Shown here in pieces: positions 24,339-36,672 of a stretch of DNA of 64,000 nucleotides. The DNA lies in contig CM119373.1 of the NCBI GenBank assembly GCA_051294905.1, forward strand, positions 1 to 64,000, read 5' to 3'. The notes under the pieces were generated by a model. It saw nothing but the letters and a program-made list of their open reading frames with translations, had not been told where the DNA came from and ran no database searches. The DNA comes from Botryllus schlosseri (lineage: Eukaryota). The number at the start of each line of letters is the position of its first letter. Positions within the stretch are counted from its first letter, which is position 1. Position numbers and translations under genes: made by a program.

Positions 24339-27240
24339 ATGGAATCTCAAGTCGTCGGGTGAGTGAAAATTTCTTCTAATTTCGAAATCCCTATGCTTTA
24401 GCGTGGCGCGATTCGGCGAAATAGCTTTTACCGAGTCCAAAATCGTTGGTTTTCGGTCCATAACTCTCTCTGCTCCGGTAACTTCAACATGGCGCGATTT
24501 TTAATATTTCTATTGCAGCGATCCCGTTGCAATTCGACCCACGAAAAGAATCAGACTCGACAGGTGTCAAGTTTGCCATATACAAACCAAAGGTCATAGA
24601 ACGAGGCATATTCGTAACGTTCATAAGTGGTCCGTGGACAGAATTAAAGAGTAAGATCGTTGTTGGCTTATTTATAACAACCAGAAGCAAATAAATATTA
24701 CGTGTCGCAGGTCTGCTCGCTACTTGCGCGAGCCCAGGCAAGACATAAAGCGAGGTCGTCCACGGTCTTGGTGTGGTCTCTGCTCCAGATCAGTAGCCAC
24801 GGCATACATAGCAAACCACTGAAGGATTATTCATTCCGATAAAATACGCGACGGCTTCGGGATAGGTTGCGAGACCTACCAGGAAAACTTTAAAAAGTTG
24901 ACCTTCGAGTCCGACTTTTCAAGCGTGAGTAACTCTGATGGTAATGTGTCATTTTTTTACCGAAATAATGTAGATCCGTTTATTACAGCTACTCTCCCTG
25001 TACGAAAGGCATCGCCAAGTGCAAGCGCTCGACGAAGCCAACACCAAAATGGTCGTCAGCAAACTAAAATCAGTTTTCAAGCAGTATGTGGTTGACGAGC
25101 CGGAACAATTAGTCACGTACATTTCTAACGCCGACGGGACACTGTCTGCGAGCACTATTTTCAACACCCTGACGTCGCTAAAGGGATTTCTTGAATTTGC
25201 GCGTATGCACCATCCGGCATTGTTGGAAAAAGTGGTTTCACCGGTCAAACAACTGAGAGCCATACAAATCATCGCGACGTACTCTAGAGCGACCAATAAA
25301 AGAAGAAAGCCGCAGCACGAGAAACGTTTATCTCTCGACATGGACGTCATCAATAAAAATTGGCCGAATATCAAAAGGTTCGTGCTAAGACTAAAATATC
25401 GCCCAGTTTCAAGTTTAATATGCGTGTTTTTTTAGAATGATCAAAAGCGAAACGTTTAAAAGAGACCTCCATCAACCGTTAACAGACGAAAACGTCCGGG
25501 ATTGTTTGGCGTTGACAATAATTCAAGTTGGTCTCTCGAGCGGCACGAGATTATCATATTTCCGTAGAGTGACCGGATACGAGCTTAGCCACGCCGTCCG
25601 TTCCGTGAACGATCCCGAAATGTTAGTCATACAGGTGAACCACAACAAGTGCCTGTCGAGTCAGGGTTTATTGGTTATGACTCAAAAAGACTATGACCGA
25701 TTCAAACAGGTAGGTGTTACGAAGATATGAACGTGTAATGGAGCGGTCTAGAACCTCTTTTCGATTTCAGATTTGCAAGCAAACCAATCCGGACTTGGAT
25801 TTGTCACGGGAAGAAGTCGCGTTGCGAAACTCGAACGGCAAGCCGTTCCAAAATTTATCGGTTTGTGTCGTGGAATACCTCAGTACCCACGAAGTCAGCC
25901 TAACGTACCAGCACCTCCGTAAAATAGTCGCCACGATGGCGAGTTCGCTAGACGACATTGGACGATATCATGTTGCGATGTCATCGTCGCACAGCACGGA
26001 GGTCGCCAGTCGACACTATGACGGGATAGGCAGGACCAAGAGGGCGGCTGCCGGGGCGATTCTATGCAGAGAAATGCTCCGCAAAGCCGCGAACAGTACA
26101 CACGATAACTTATATGCGGAGTTGGCCGCGTCAAAAGCTCCCCCAAATGAAGGTATGTAAAGCCCTATAAAATTATAACGTCATATATCTGACCGGAACT
26201 GTTTATTAAGGATCATTTGAATCGCCGAACCCAACCCCGACCACAGTTCAACCAGAGCTGCCAACAAAGGACGATATCACTTTACGCACCGAAAATGATA
26301 CGCAATCAAACGGAGCTAATTCGGAAACTCTATTCGCTACGGACCGGGACACACGGATCGTCAGACCGACCCCAGCCCCGACCACAGTTCAACCAGAGCT
26401 GCAAACAGAGGACGATAGCCCTTTTCACACCGAAAATGATACGCAATCAAACGGAGATAATTTGGAAACTCTATTCGCTACGGACCGGGACACACGGATC
26501 GTCAGACCGACCCCAACCCCGACCACAGTTCAACCAGAGCTGCAAACAGAGGACGATAGCACTTTTCACACCGAAAATGATACGCAATCAAACGGAGATA
26601 ATTCGGAAACTCTATTCGCTACGGACCGGGACACACGGATCGTCAGACCGACCCCAACCCCGACCACAGTTCAACCAGAGCTGCAAACAGAGGTCGATAG
26701 CCCTTTTCACACCGAAAATGATACGCAATCAAACGGAGATAATTCGGAAACTCTATTCGCTACGGACCGGGACACACGGATCGTCAGACCGACCCCAACC
26801 CCGACCACAGTTCAACCAGAGCTGCAAACAGAGGACGATAGCACTTTTCACACCGAAAATGATACGCAATCAAACGGAGATAATTCGGAAACTCTATTCG
26901 CTACGGACCGGGACACACGGATCGTCACAAATGAGGGTAATCTATTTGCTATTACCGTCCAAATTCAATTCTAATCATATTCAAACCCGCAGATATTGAC
27001 GTCGAGGAAATAGCGAATACGATATGCAACCGTCAGAGAGGGACCAAGACCACGTTGACAAACGAGCTAGTGGAGAAATTGATCAAAGACTCTCGATTGC
27101 ATGCGTTTTATCACGATCGTGGACCTCTACTGAGCAGGATAGTTCACGAATATAAATCCGAATGCTATTTAACCTTTCAGCAAATGCGTTCAAAAATGAG
27201 ATTGATCAAGTCGTTTTTAAAGACAAATAAACGTGGATGA
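24339..27240 (+). pseudogene. Second copy of the zinc-finger tyrosine recombinase gene with a premature stop in exon 3
   Basis: Same exon structure and splice sites as copy 1. TGG(Trp)>TGA at 24820-24822 in the second zinc finger (cac tga agg vs cac tgg agg). Catalytic R/K/R/H/Y residues unchanged. Confidence 0.8.
26227..26926 (+). repeat. 141-bp coding minisatellite, ~5 units in copy 2
   Basis: Same unit as 17877-18282. The exon stays in frame (26211-26936, 726 nt). Confidence 0.95.
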
Positions 27241-28590
27241 ACGGAGTTTTGTTCTTTGACTCTTGATTTTGATCCCCAAAATCTTGAGAACGAGCGTGGC
27301 GCCTACCATGATACGCCTAAGCCCCTTTCACAATGTCGAGAACGCGACGCACGTAAACTCAATACGAAATTTATGTCCGGCTCCACAACCTCACGATGAC
27401 GGGCATGGATGATGAGATCCCGGACACGTTTTAACGCAAAATAAAGGCGCCAATAAAGTCCCTAACCTATAATTGTGCCAGTTCAAATGTCCGCTAGCTG
27501 CAAAACTATAACACGATAGTTTTACGATGTCCCGATCGACCCGATGCATTTGTACAGTCGCATGGTGACTACAACTAAATGTACAGCAACTATGCAAAGT
27601 GCGGCAACAATTGTGTTCGAATATTTTAAAATGTGATTTTTTTCGTGGCAGGCATGAATTCACAATAGTAAATCACATTTCCCAGATGTGTGTGGAATGT
27701 CAGTTTGCAAGGTCCCGTCAAATAAAGCCTACTCGGAAATACATTGAATTCCCCTATTATTGGTGCCTGCGGCCCGCGGCGCCATCAAAAAGTAGGAAAT
27801 TGGCCCGCTAGCATATTTGAGTTTGAGACCTCTGTTTTAGATATACATAAAAGTTCTATTAATAGAATCTTTCAATATGATCGAAATTCTTAGCCGTCCT
27901 AAAACGAAGGTATATTAGGCTATGCTAAACACTGCGCTCGACGTAATGGAGCTGCAGAATTTCGTACTAAGACCAACTGACGTGGTTGCGAGTCATCAAT
28001 TCTTAACCCTTTGCGAAAATATAGAAGTCACAATGAGTAAAGCGATGGTGAAGTTAACGCACCGTAAATTTCGCAATGGCTTAAGAAACGCGGAAGCTCG
28101 AGCGTAACGGATCTTATGCAAAATTCTTTCAATTTATATGTTTGTCATATTTTGGAATCGGGAGAGGATTTTCACACTAACAGTACTGGAGTTGCCAAAA
28201 AGGAAGACATTTAGGCGTCCTAGGACGACAATTTGAAAAACCTGAAAAAGGAGGACAAATCCGCCTAAAGCAGTTCGTATGTTAACCATAATTGAATTGC
28301 AGCACCATTACGGTGGCTTTCTGAAGACGATGTCTATGGCAAATTTTTTTTCAACCTGCGAGTTAATTTGGGACCTCATAATTTTTATAGCGCAGAGCCC
28401 CTTTAAGAATAAGCAGCTAACAAGTTATGATCGAACGAGGTCCGAGGTTCATTGGTACCCCTGAATATTCTGATGATGTAGAGAAATTTATGCATCTGAA
28501 CACAATTGGTGCATAAATTAATGCTTCAATTAATACTCGAATAATATAATAACTTATTATAAATTTGCCCTTTGGAGCTAAGCTTGTTAA

Positions 28591-29344
28591 CGGTGCACTG
28601 CACTCTAAAAACTATGTGGTCTCAAAGTGAAGGGCGAAACGAGATAATTTTTTAGGCCACAGCCATTTTCTTCAGAACGCCACCGTAATGGAGCTGCAAT
28701 TTATTGAATTTTTTACAGGGGAATCATGCTCCAGCAGTCACGCAGAAATCGAACTTCATATAGTTGTCTTCTGTAGTTGACTGAACGGTTGCCCGACATA
28801 TGAGCATGCGACACAATGAAAAACGACAGTTCAGCATGGAACACATCAGCATGCGTCACTTCAGCATGTGACTGGATAACCCAAAAACGTACCCTAACCC
28901 GAAACATAGCCTAACCTAACCTAACCTAGCCTAACCTAACCTAAACCCTAACCCTAACCCAACCATAAACCTATAACCTAACCTACCCCTAACCCGTAAT
29001 TTAACCCACATGCTCATGTGTCGCATGCCAAATTGTCGCATGCCGAAGTGTCGCATGCTGTAATGTCGCATGCTCATATGCCCACGGACCGACTGAACAT
29101 CTTCCGTTGCACGTGGTGTTTAAACGACCTTTGCTTGTATGACATATTTCCTTTATAACATCGGCTGACAACGATATAAAGTTCGATTTCTGTGTGACTG
29201 CTGGAGCATGATTCCCCTGTAAAAAATTCAATAAATTGCAGCTCCTTTACGGTGGCATTGTGAAGAATATGGCTGTGGCCTAAAACTTTTTCTCGTTTCG
29301 CCCTTCAATTTGAGACGACATCATTTTTAGAGAACAGTGCCCCT
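28591..29344. mobile_element. Non-autonomous DNA element with ~165-bp TIRs, Kolobok-like (TTAA flanks)
   Basis: ttaa|cggtgcactgcactctaaaa.. pairs with ..ttttagagaacagtgcccct|ttaa. Arms ~28591-28757 and ~29178-29344 are reverse complements. Confidence 0.7.
28786..29091. mobile_element. Nested MITE with CGG..CCG ends, 6-bp TSD and a degenerate cctaa/ccctaa core
   Basis: ACTGAA at 28780-28785 and 29092-29097. catatgagcatgcgaca pairs with tgtcgcatgctcatatg. 15-bp subterminal repeats. Confidence 0.75.
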
Positions 29345-29392
29345 TTAAACTATTCGCCGATTCAACTACATTTATATCTTTAGTATGAGAAG

Positions 29393-29892
29393 CAGGGTCG
29401 TAACCAAGTCACAAGGCTCCGAGTCACAACTCAATGTCACTTTTATAGGATTGACTCGAATCAAGTCGAGTCATTTTCAATTCACCACCGAGTCGAGTCC
29501 GATTCTAAGTCAACAAGTAGAGGTTCGAGTCCGATTCATGGTGTTATGACTCAAGTCTGAGTCCAAGTCATTGTGATGACTGCTCAGTTTCCAGTTCCAG
29601 TTCTGTTGAAACCATTTTTTATGACTGTTTGGTGATACCGAATTATTCGCATTTATAATACACTGATTTTCCTTTTAGTAGTTTCTGGTAGCATTTTTTA
29701 GTGCCAGTACGAATAGAAGAAATGCCAATAGTGTGGTTATTTTAGTATTATTCAAAATTACGGTGGAAATGTCTTTCTTGGCCATCTGAGTCTCGAGTCA
29801 TGCGCAATGACTCAAGTCGAGTCAATACACAAATTGTTTCGAGTCGTTTTTGTGTTTTGAGAAATTAATGACTCGAGTCAAGTCGAGTCAAG
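29393..29892. mobile_element. Truncated gactcgagtc-rich hAT-type MITE, same family as 61178-61817
   Basis: Starts cagggtcgtaac, has multiple gactcgagtc/gagtcaagtc motifs, and resembles the reverse complement of 61178-61817. Confidence 0.65.
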
Positions 29893-30019
29893 AGAAAGTC
29901 ATTACATTATGAGAAGTCTCAAATAAGCATTTCTAGCTGAAGTTGGTCATGTGCTCTGGATTCGCACATGAGCATTTAGCAATATCATTTAAAGCTAACA
30001 TATTGTTTTAATTCCAGGC

Positions 30020-30347
30020 ACATACAGTCGATTTAACGACTTCAAAGTTGACACCTCCACATCTTTTGATTGCACGTCATGAGAATGGAGATGAACAGTC
30101 GTGGATTGCGGCCAATGGCATCACCATCAAGCGCAGATCCGAAAACGAAAGAAGACCGTTTGAGATGATTATTGATCTCGTAGCATGCTATTACGCATGG
30201 GATCTTAGTTATCCCAAGGTCTTTCAAATATTGCCATTCATTCAACGTGTCGTTGTTGGTGATAAAAATTCAGGATTCCAGTCGAACAAGTTCGTCAATT
30301 TTTGGAAAAAATATCAGAATGCCCAGCAATCGATTGAAAAAATGTAG
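30020..30347 (+). pseudogene. Terminal-exon remnant of a transposon-associated ORF (CMC/EnSpm-type accessory, SAMD3-like C-terminus)
   Basis: IIDLVACYYAWDLSYPKVFQILPFIQ resembles the 'YYxFnLxYP..FIQ' motif I recall for this family, and is preceded by a ttccag acceptor. No search was run. Confidence 0.45.
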
Positions 30348-30713
30348 GCTAATTAATCTCCCTTGCTCCAAGTACTTGGACTGTGAGTAGTGCTTTCTTT
30401 TGGTATGGAATGTACCTGTACATAGTGGATTTCGTTATTTTTTGCATTTGCACAACAATTAGTTTTTTTTTAGTGGCTAGACTTTTGCTATGCCTTCATT
30501 AGTAAGTTTTTCGTTTTTAGTGGCACTGTATATTAGGGCTGTTCCAAAATATCATACTGTTTAGCCAAAATTGGTTTACTATGGCATTTTGGCAATTCAA
30601 TCAATCATTTGATCATGAAACCAGACAATTTTTGGGAAACAATATTTATTGACAACATTACTGTACATACACCTTGCTTTAGTTCCGAATCCAGGTCTTT
30701 TATACTGTTATTA

Positions 30714-31172
30714 CTGTTGAATAGTATATTCTTATCGGAATGAACCCGAATATTTTCGGTCGACACTCGTCAGCAAATCTAGTAGAGAATTGGAAAGAAC
30801 GTTGTATATCAACAATCGTATCACAAAATATGATGTCAGCAGCATGAAATTTCGAGAGAGCATTCAATCCAATATTCCCAGGTGGTACACGAACTCCTGT
30901 TGACAGAGTTTCGGTTGGTGTATTTTATATCTTATCAAAATACACCATTCGAAACTCTGTCAACAAAAGTTTGTGCACCACCTGCATGGGAATAGTGCAT
31001 TAAACGCTCACTCTCGCGAAATTTCATGCTGGTGAAGGCCTATTTTGTGGTACGATTGTTGATATACAATGTTATTTCCAATTCTCCACTAGTTGCTGAC
31101 GATTACCTCTGACGAGTGTCATCCGAAAATGATTGGGTTCATTTCAACATGCACAGCACATACTATTCAGTT
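30714..31172. mobile_element. Palindromic (foldback-type) MITE
   Basis: Arms ~30738-30925 and ~30935-31144 are imperfect reverse complements (e.g. tagtagagaattggaaa / tttccaattctccacta; tatatcaacaatcgta / tacgattgttgatata). Confidence 0.75.
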
Positions 31173-33150
31173 GTGTATTGCAGTTCTGTACCTGCAAGAA
31201 TCTCTGTTATTACTGTATCAATCCTGTCTTACTGTGTCAAAAAATTGTTATGTTTTCAATTTGTATTGTCATATTTAACGACAACTTACACTGTTTCTTT
31301 TATTGCACATTCCACAACCGATTCTTTTAAAATAAAATATTGTTTCGAGAAGAGCCTGTGGATCCACAGTGTGGAGGTATTTCAGGTACATAATTTCGAG
31401 CTCTGCAGCGATAGGTACTGACATGCCACTTCAGACCACACAATATTATGACATACATCGCTACCACGCAATCTATCATCTAAAAAAAAAATCGATTATT
31501 GTGTGTTTTTTTTGTGCATAAATGCACGCGTTTTAGCTTACAGTGTAGTTGAATTATTTGAAATTAATCGGGAAACAATATAAAGTTAACGCGAAATATA
31601 AAGTTAGCGTGAAATATAACACAACAGAAAAAAAACGCATTCTTTACTCAATACTCACTTTTTGTCATGGAAATGGAGTCGGCGTGGCGATCCATTTTTA
31701 CACGCTATTTGAACGCAGAATTCAGCAGCTATGTAGAATACTCTTCAAAACGCACAACGGATCATTGTTAAAACTAAACAGTTAGTTGGTTGATGGTAAA
31801 CTAACTAAAGTTTATTTTTATTTGATTTTGAAAATTCCGTAGTTGTAGTTCTAGTTCTAGTTAAGTGGTTCTCAACCAGGGGTCCGCGAAGCATTTTCAG
31901 GGGGTCCGCGAAGCCTCTAAATTTATACCATAGTTGATAATGTAATTTGTGTTTGTTTTTTTAATTGGGAAAATCACGAGGCCTTCTCGCTTCATTAAAA
32001 ACTCCAAACTCCCATCTACAGAATGGCCGTCTGATATGAAATATCCTGCTGTGAGACTCATTTTAATTGCTAAATTGCCAAGATCCTACTGATAGAAATA
32101 TTTTCAAGAAAAGTCATTTTTTGCACGCTCCCGCGGGGTCCGTGATGGTCCAAAAGGGGTCAGAGAAGACAAAAAGGTTGATAACCACTGTTGTAGTTGC
32201 TGATTTTGAAAATTCAGTAGTTGTAGTTCTAGTCTGGTTTCTACCTCGCCATCTCATCCGCGTAAGCGGTGTCTTACAAAATTCCTAGAAGTGGCCCGTG
32301 CTACAAGTCGGCAAATACGGAATGAAAAATAAATAATACCGGCTCGGTGTAAATGACCATAGTGGTAGACCAGTGTTTCATAACCGAGTCACGAGTTAAT
32401 CCATATTTCCGCATGCGGCCCGCCGCGCCGTTCTGTGCGGCTTGCGAGAGTCTCAAGGAACATTTCAAAAATTTTGATAAAATGCGTACTAAAAATCGAA
32501 TTGATGCAGGGACTTGACTAACTTTTTCTTACTATATTTCACCATGATATTTCTGAGACAGTGGTTTTCAGACCCCCTTGGAGGCGGTAAAGCATCTGAA
32601 CGCGGGCGCGAAGTTGAGCTCAACTGGAAAAAATTTTCGCGCTCAGCGCGATTTACATCCTGTTCATAGGTATTGATATGATGAAGTAGGCTACATAGTA
32701 GAAGCGTGTTTGAAGCTATAACATGGTTATGATGCTGTCAGCATTGTGTGTCCTGGAACTGAGCCGAAAGTTGAATTACTAAATCTGTGAACAGATCGCT
32801 GCTCACAGATTTATACTTAAATCCTGTTCTAGGAATCGGGCCAACCGACTTTCATCTCTATAGTTTTGACAAATTGGTTATTGAGGTCCGCCAGCCTATG
32901 AAATCTCGCCACTATATGTTTCTGACGCGTGTACGATATCATCAAAGCAATATTTGGATTGTTTTAAATAAGCACATATATTGCCTCCATGTCCTCACTA
33001 TATTGCGTTTTGGTTTATAATCCAAATTTTATATAGTGCGGCCCGCGAATGAATTGAGCGAGCACAAAAGTTTGCCCACCCCTGTACTAAACCTATCTCG
33101 ATATCATAATGATCTGAAGTCCGAATATTTCATAGTAATATATCTTTCAG

Positions 33151-33405
33151 GTTTCTATCTCTCCATATCCAACGATGGTCTACAATTTGCAATGGAGCCT
33201 GCACTTGGATGGACTCGTCTTCTCAAAAAACATTGAAAGTTTTGATGAAGCACTTGCTCTTCTGATCGCGGCTCATTGGATATTTAACATCAAGTTTCAG
33301 AAGAATATCAAGCACACTCTCACCTTCATTTCGTCATACCTGCTAAAGCTGCCTGGCGTAGAGCTGACAAATTCCGTTGTGAGGACTACCAATATGTTGC
33401 CATAA
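33151..33405 (+). pseudogene. Second terminal-exon remnant of the same transposon-associated ORF type
   Basis: SFDEALALLIAAHWIFNIKFQKNIKHTLTFISSYLLKL after a ctttcag acceptor. Motif recognition only. Confidence 0.45.
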
Positions 33406-33431
33406 ACAATGGAACTGTCATCATAGTTATG

Positions 33432-33673
33432 TAGGGTTACCATACGGAGGTTCGAGCGGGTCATTCGGAAGTCGATTGTAAGTGCCTACTTTTAATTTTA
33501 GTCAACACCTCTAAATTTAAGTAAAAATATGGTATTTCTGGAGTCATGACTTTCATTTAACACCAAAAGTTTTCCAGCAAAAAATAGCAAAATCTACTGT
33601 CATTCTTGATCAACTAACTTTCCTGAATTGGTAAAATTGTCCTCCTTTTCGATTCCGTAATATGGTAACCCTA
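33432..33673. mobile_element. Short MITE with tagggttaccata TIRs
   Basis: tagggttaccatacgg .. ccgtaatatggtaacccta. Confidence 0.65.
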
Positions 33674-36672
33674 CAGCAGTGGTTCCCAACCTTTTTCCAT
33701 CCGCGTACCATTTCAAGGTTTTATGCAGTGCTCGCGTACCACCTACACAAGGTACGTGCGCCGAAGGCGATCAAGAATGTTCCTACCGCGTTGAGCTTCC
33801 GAAGGCGGCGAAACAGAAAATAAACTGCCCATTTTTAGGTCCAGTATATGATTTCTGTAGTGGGTGGATCCATTTGTGATTACAGAGGTCAAATATATTA
33901 AAACGGAATTTGGTTAGGTAAGAATCCCAATCCTTTATGACTAGATCTCTTCCCAACCTTTGTAGACCATCGTTGGATATGGAGAGATAGAAACCTGAAA
34001 GATATATTACTATGAAATATTCGGACTTCAGATCATTATGATATCGAGATAGGTTTAGTACAGGGGTGGGCAAACTTTTGTGCTCGCTCAATTCATTCGC
34101 GGGCCGCACTATATAAAATTTGGATTATAAACCAAAACGCAATATAGTGAGGACATGGAGGCAATATATGTGCTTATTTAAAACAATCCAAATATTGCTT
34201 TGATGATATCGTACACGCGTCAGAAACATATAGTGGCGAGATTTCATAGGCTGGCGGACCTCAATAACCAATTTGTCAAAACTATAGAGATGAAAGTCGG
34301 TTGGCCCGATTCCTAGAACAGGATTTAAGTATAAATCTGTGAGCAGCGATCTGTTCACAGATTTAGTAATTCAACTTTCGGCTCAGTTCCAGGACACACA
34401 ATGCTGACAGCATCATAACCATGTTATAGCTTCAAACACGCTTCTACTATGTAGCCTACTTCATCATATCAATACCTATGAACAGGATGTAAATCGCGCT
34501 GAGCGCGAAAATTTTTTCCAGTTGAGCTCAACTTCGCGCCCGCGTTCAGATGCTTTACCGCCTCCAAGGGGGTCTGAAAACCACTGTCTCAGAAATATCA
34601 TGGTGAAATATAGTAAGAAAAAGTTAGTCAAGTCCCTGCATCAATTCGATTTTTAGTACGCATTTTATCAAAATTTTTGAAATGTTCCTTGAGACTCTCG
34701 CAAGCCGCACAGAACGGCGCGGCGGGCCGCATGCGGAAATATGGATTAACTCGTGACTCGGTTATGAAACACTGGTCTACCACTATGGTCATTTACACCG
34801 AGCCGGTATTATTTATTTTTCATTCCGTATTTGCCGACTTGTAGCACGGGCCACTTCTAGGAATTTTGTAAGACACCGCTTACGCGGATGAGATGGCGAG
34901 GTAGAAACCAGACTAGAACTACAACTACTGAATTTTCAAAATCAGCAACTACAACAGTGGTTATCAACCTTTTTGTCTTCTCTGACCCCTTTTGGACCAT
35001 CACGGACCCCGCGGGAGCGTGCAAAAAATGACTTTTCTTGAAAATATTTCTATCAGTAGGATCTTGGCAATTTAGCAATTAAAATGAGTCTCACAGCAGG
35101 ATATTTCATATCAGACGGCCATTCTGTAGATGGGAGTTTGGAGTTTTTAATGAAGCGAGAAGGCCTCGTGATTTTCCCAATTAAAAAAACAAACACAAAT
35201 TACATTATCAACTATGGTATAAATTTAGAGGCTTCGCGGACCCCCTGAAAATGCTTCGCGGACCCCTGGTTGAGAACCACTTAACTAGAACTAGAACTAC
35301 AACTACGGAATTTTCAAAATCAAATAAAAATAAACTTTAGTTAGTTTACCATCAACCAACTAACTGTTTAGTTTTAACAATGATCCGTTGTGCGTTTTGA
35401 AGAGTATTCTACATAGCTGCTGAATTCTGCGTTCAAATAGCGTGTAAAAATGGATCGCCACGCCGACTCCATTTCCATGACAAAAAGTGAGTATTGAGTA
35501 AAGAATGCATTTTTTTTCTGTTGTGTTATATTTCACGCTAACTTTATATTTCGCGTTAACTTTATATTGTTTCCCGATTAATTTCAAATAATTCAACTAT
35601 ATAGATACTTTCTAAATATTGATAAATCGTATTTAAACGCTGTTTGAGAGAGCATATAGTTACGATAACATCTGCATTTTCGTTTTATTGATTCTTTCTG
35701 AAATCCAATGTGTGGCCTATGCCTGATCGATACGATTGTCTCGGTCGTGAGACGGACGCAATTGTTCACTAACACGCCTCCTTTGATCTAAGATATCTGG
35801 CGTTGTACCGGTGATAGACGGTTACAGTCTTTTTGTAATGATAATTTTTATCAATACGCGTACATCAAGCTATATATCATATACGCGAGCAGCGTATAAC
35901 CTGTTCAAATGCTGGTTGAATACAGAAAAACGAATTTTGCGCGTGTCGGCAAGACCAGACATGCAAAGTCTTCCCTGAACACGCTTCACGTAATCGGAGA
36001 TATTATGCGTTATAATGGTCTTATGATGTTGCAGTACTGTGCTGTGGATGGCTTCTATCGACACACATGTACCCAGCCATTTATAAGCTATTTTATGATG
36101 ATAAAACCTGTTCAAAGTGTAGGTTCTATACGGCAAAACATTACGCGGCTAACGATGTCGGCAGGCATGATTGAATTTTCACAAATGCCCTTCCGACATG
36201 GCAACATATTTGCTTTTATGAGACTTTTAGGCACTTGCAAATTGTACAAGATAGCTGCAATTTGAAAAATTCATTACTATCAATCTATTGGACACTGGCG
36301 TAGCAAAAAATTGCCAACGTGACTAGTGAGGCCGTACAAATGAGCCCGCAGACTTTGCCGCAATTTTGCTGACTGGTGTATATAATAACGCGCCATAAAC
36401 AGCGATATCATAAGTTCTGGATGTCATACACTATAGCTGTTCCCGCTAATGATATATACCGATCATGACGCCAATAAATCGCACGTGGTGATGTGTATTG
36501 CCTTTCATATTGATATGAAAGAACCATCACTTATACTGCGTAGAAACGACGCCCGCGTGTCACCTATGTGAGACAATATACCCTGTATTATGATTGTCTT
36601 TCGAATAGGCAGATTTGCTAGATGTCTAATGCCATGGATAACAATACTTTATTCGTTATCATTAGTTATCAT

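Larger units (their letters stand above)
18879..27459 (+). mobile_element. Copy 2 (complete, ~8.6 kb) of the satellite-bearing tyrosine-recombinase element
   Basis: Order: ~250-bp left end, satellite, internal blocks, recombinase gene, AATAAA end. Flanked by CCCTAACC at 18871-18878 and 27460-27467. No terminal inverted repeats seen. Confidence 0.85.
31546..35599. repeat. 1.64-kb near-perfect inverted duplication (31546-33185 vs 33960-35599) with a 774-bp spacer
   Basis: Mirror-image ORFs (31549+/35596-, 32067+/35078-, 32787+/34358-, 33036+/34109-) are identical over the shared arm apart from one residue. Boundaries read directly. Confidence 0.95.

Noticed and set aside
14330..27467. Telomeric retrotransposon (TRAS/SART/TATE/DIRS) interpretation
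   Set aside because: No RT, RNase H, gag or endonuclease ORF in the complete copy, and the gene keeps its introns.
28890..29005. Second telomeric tract
   Set aside because: Degenerate cctaa/ccctaa mix forming the core of a TSD-bounded MITE; unrelated to the element junctions.
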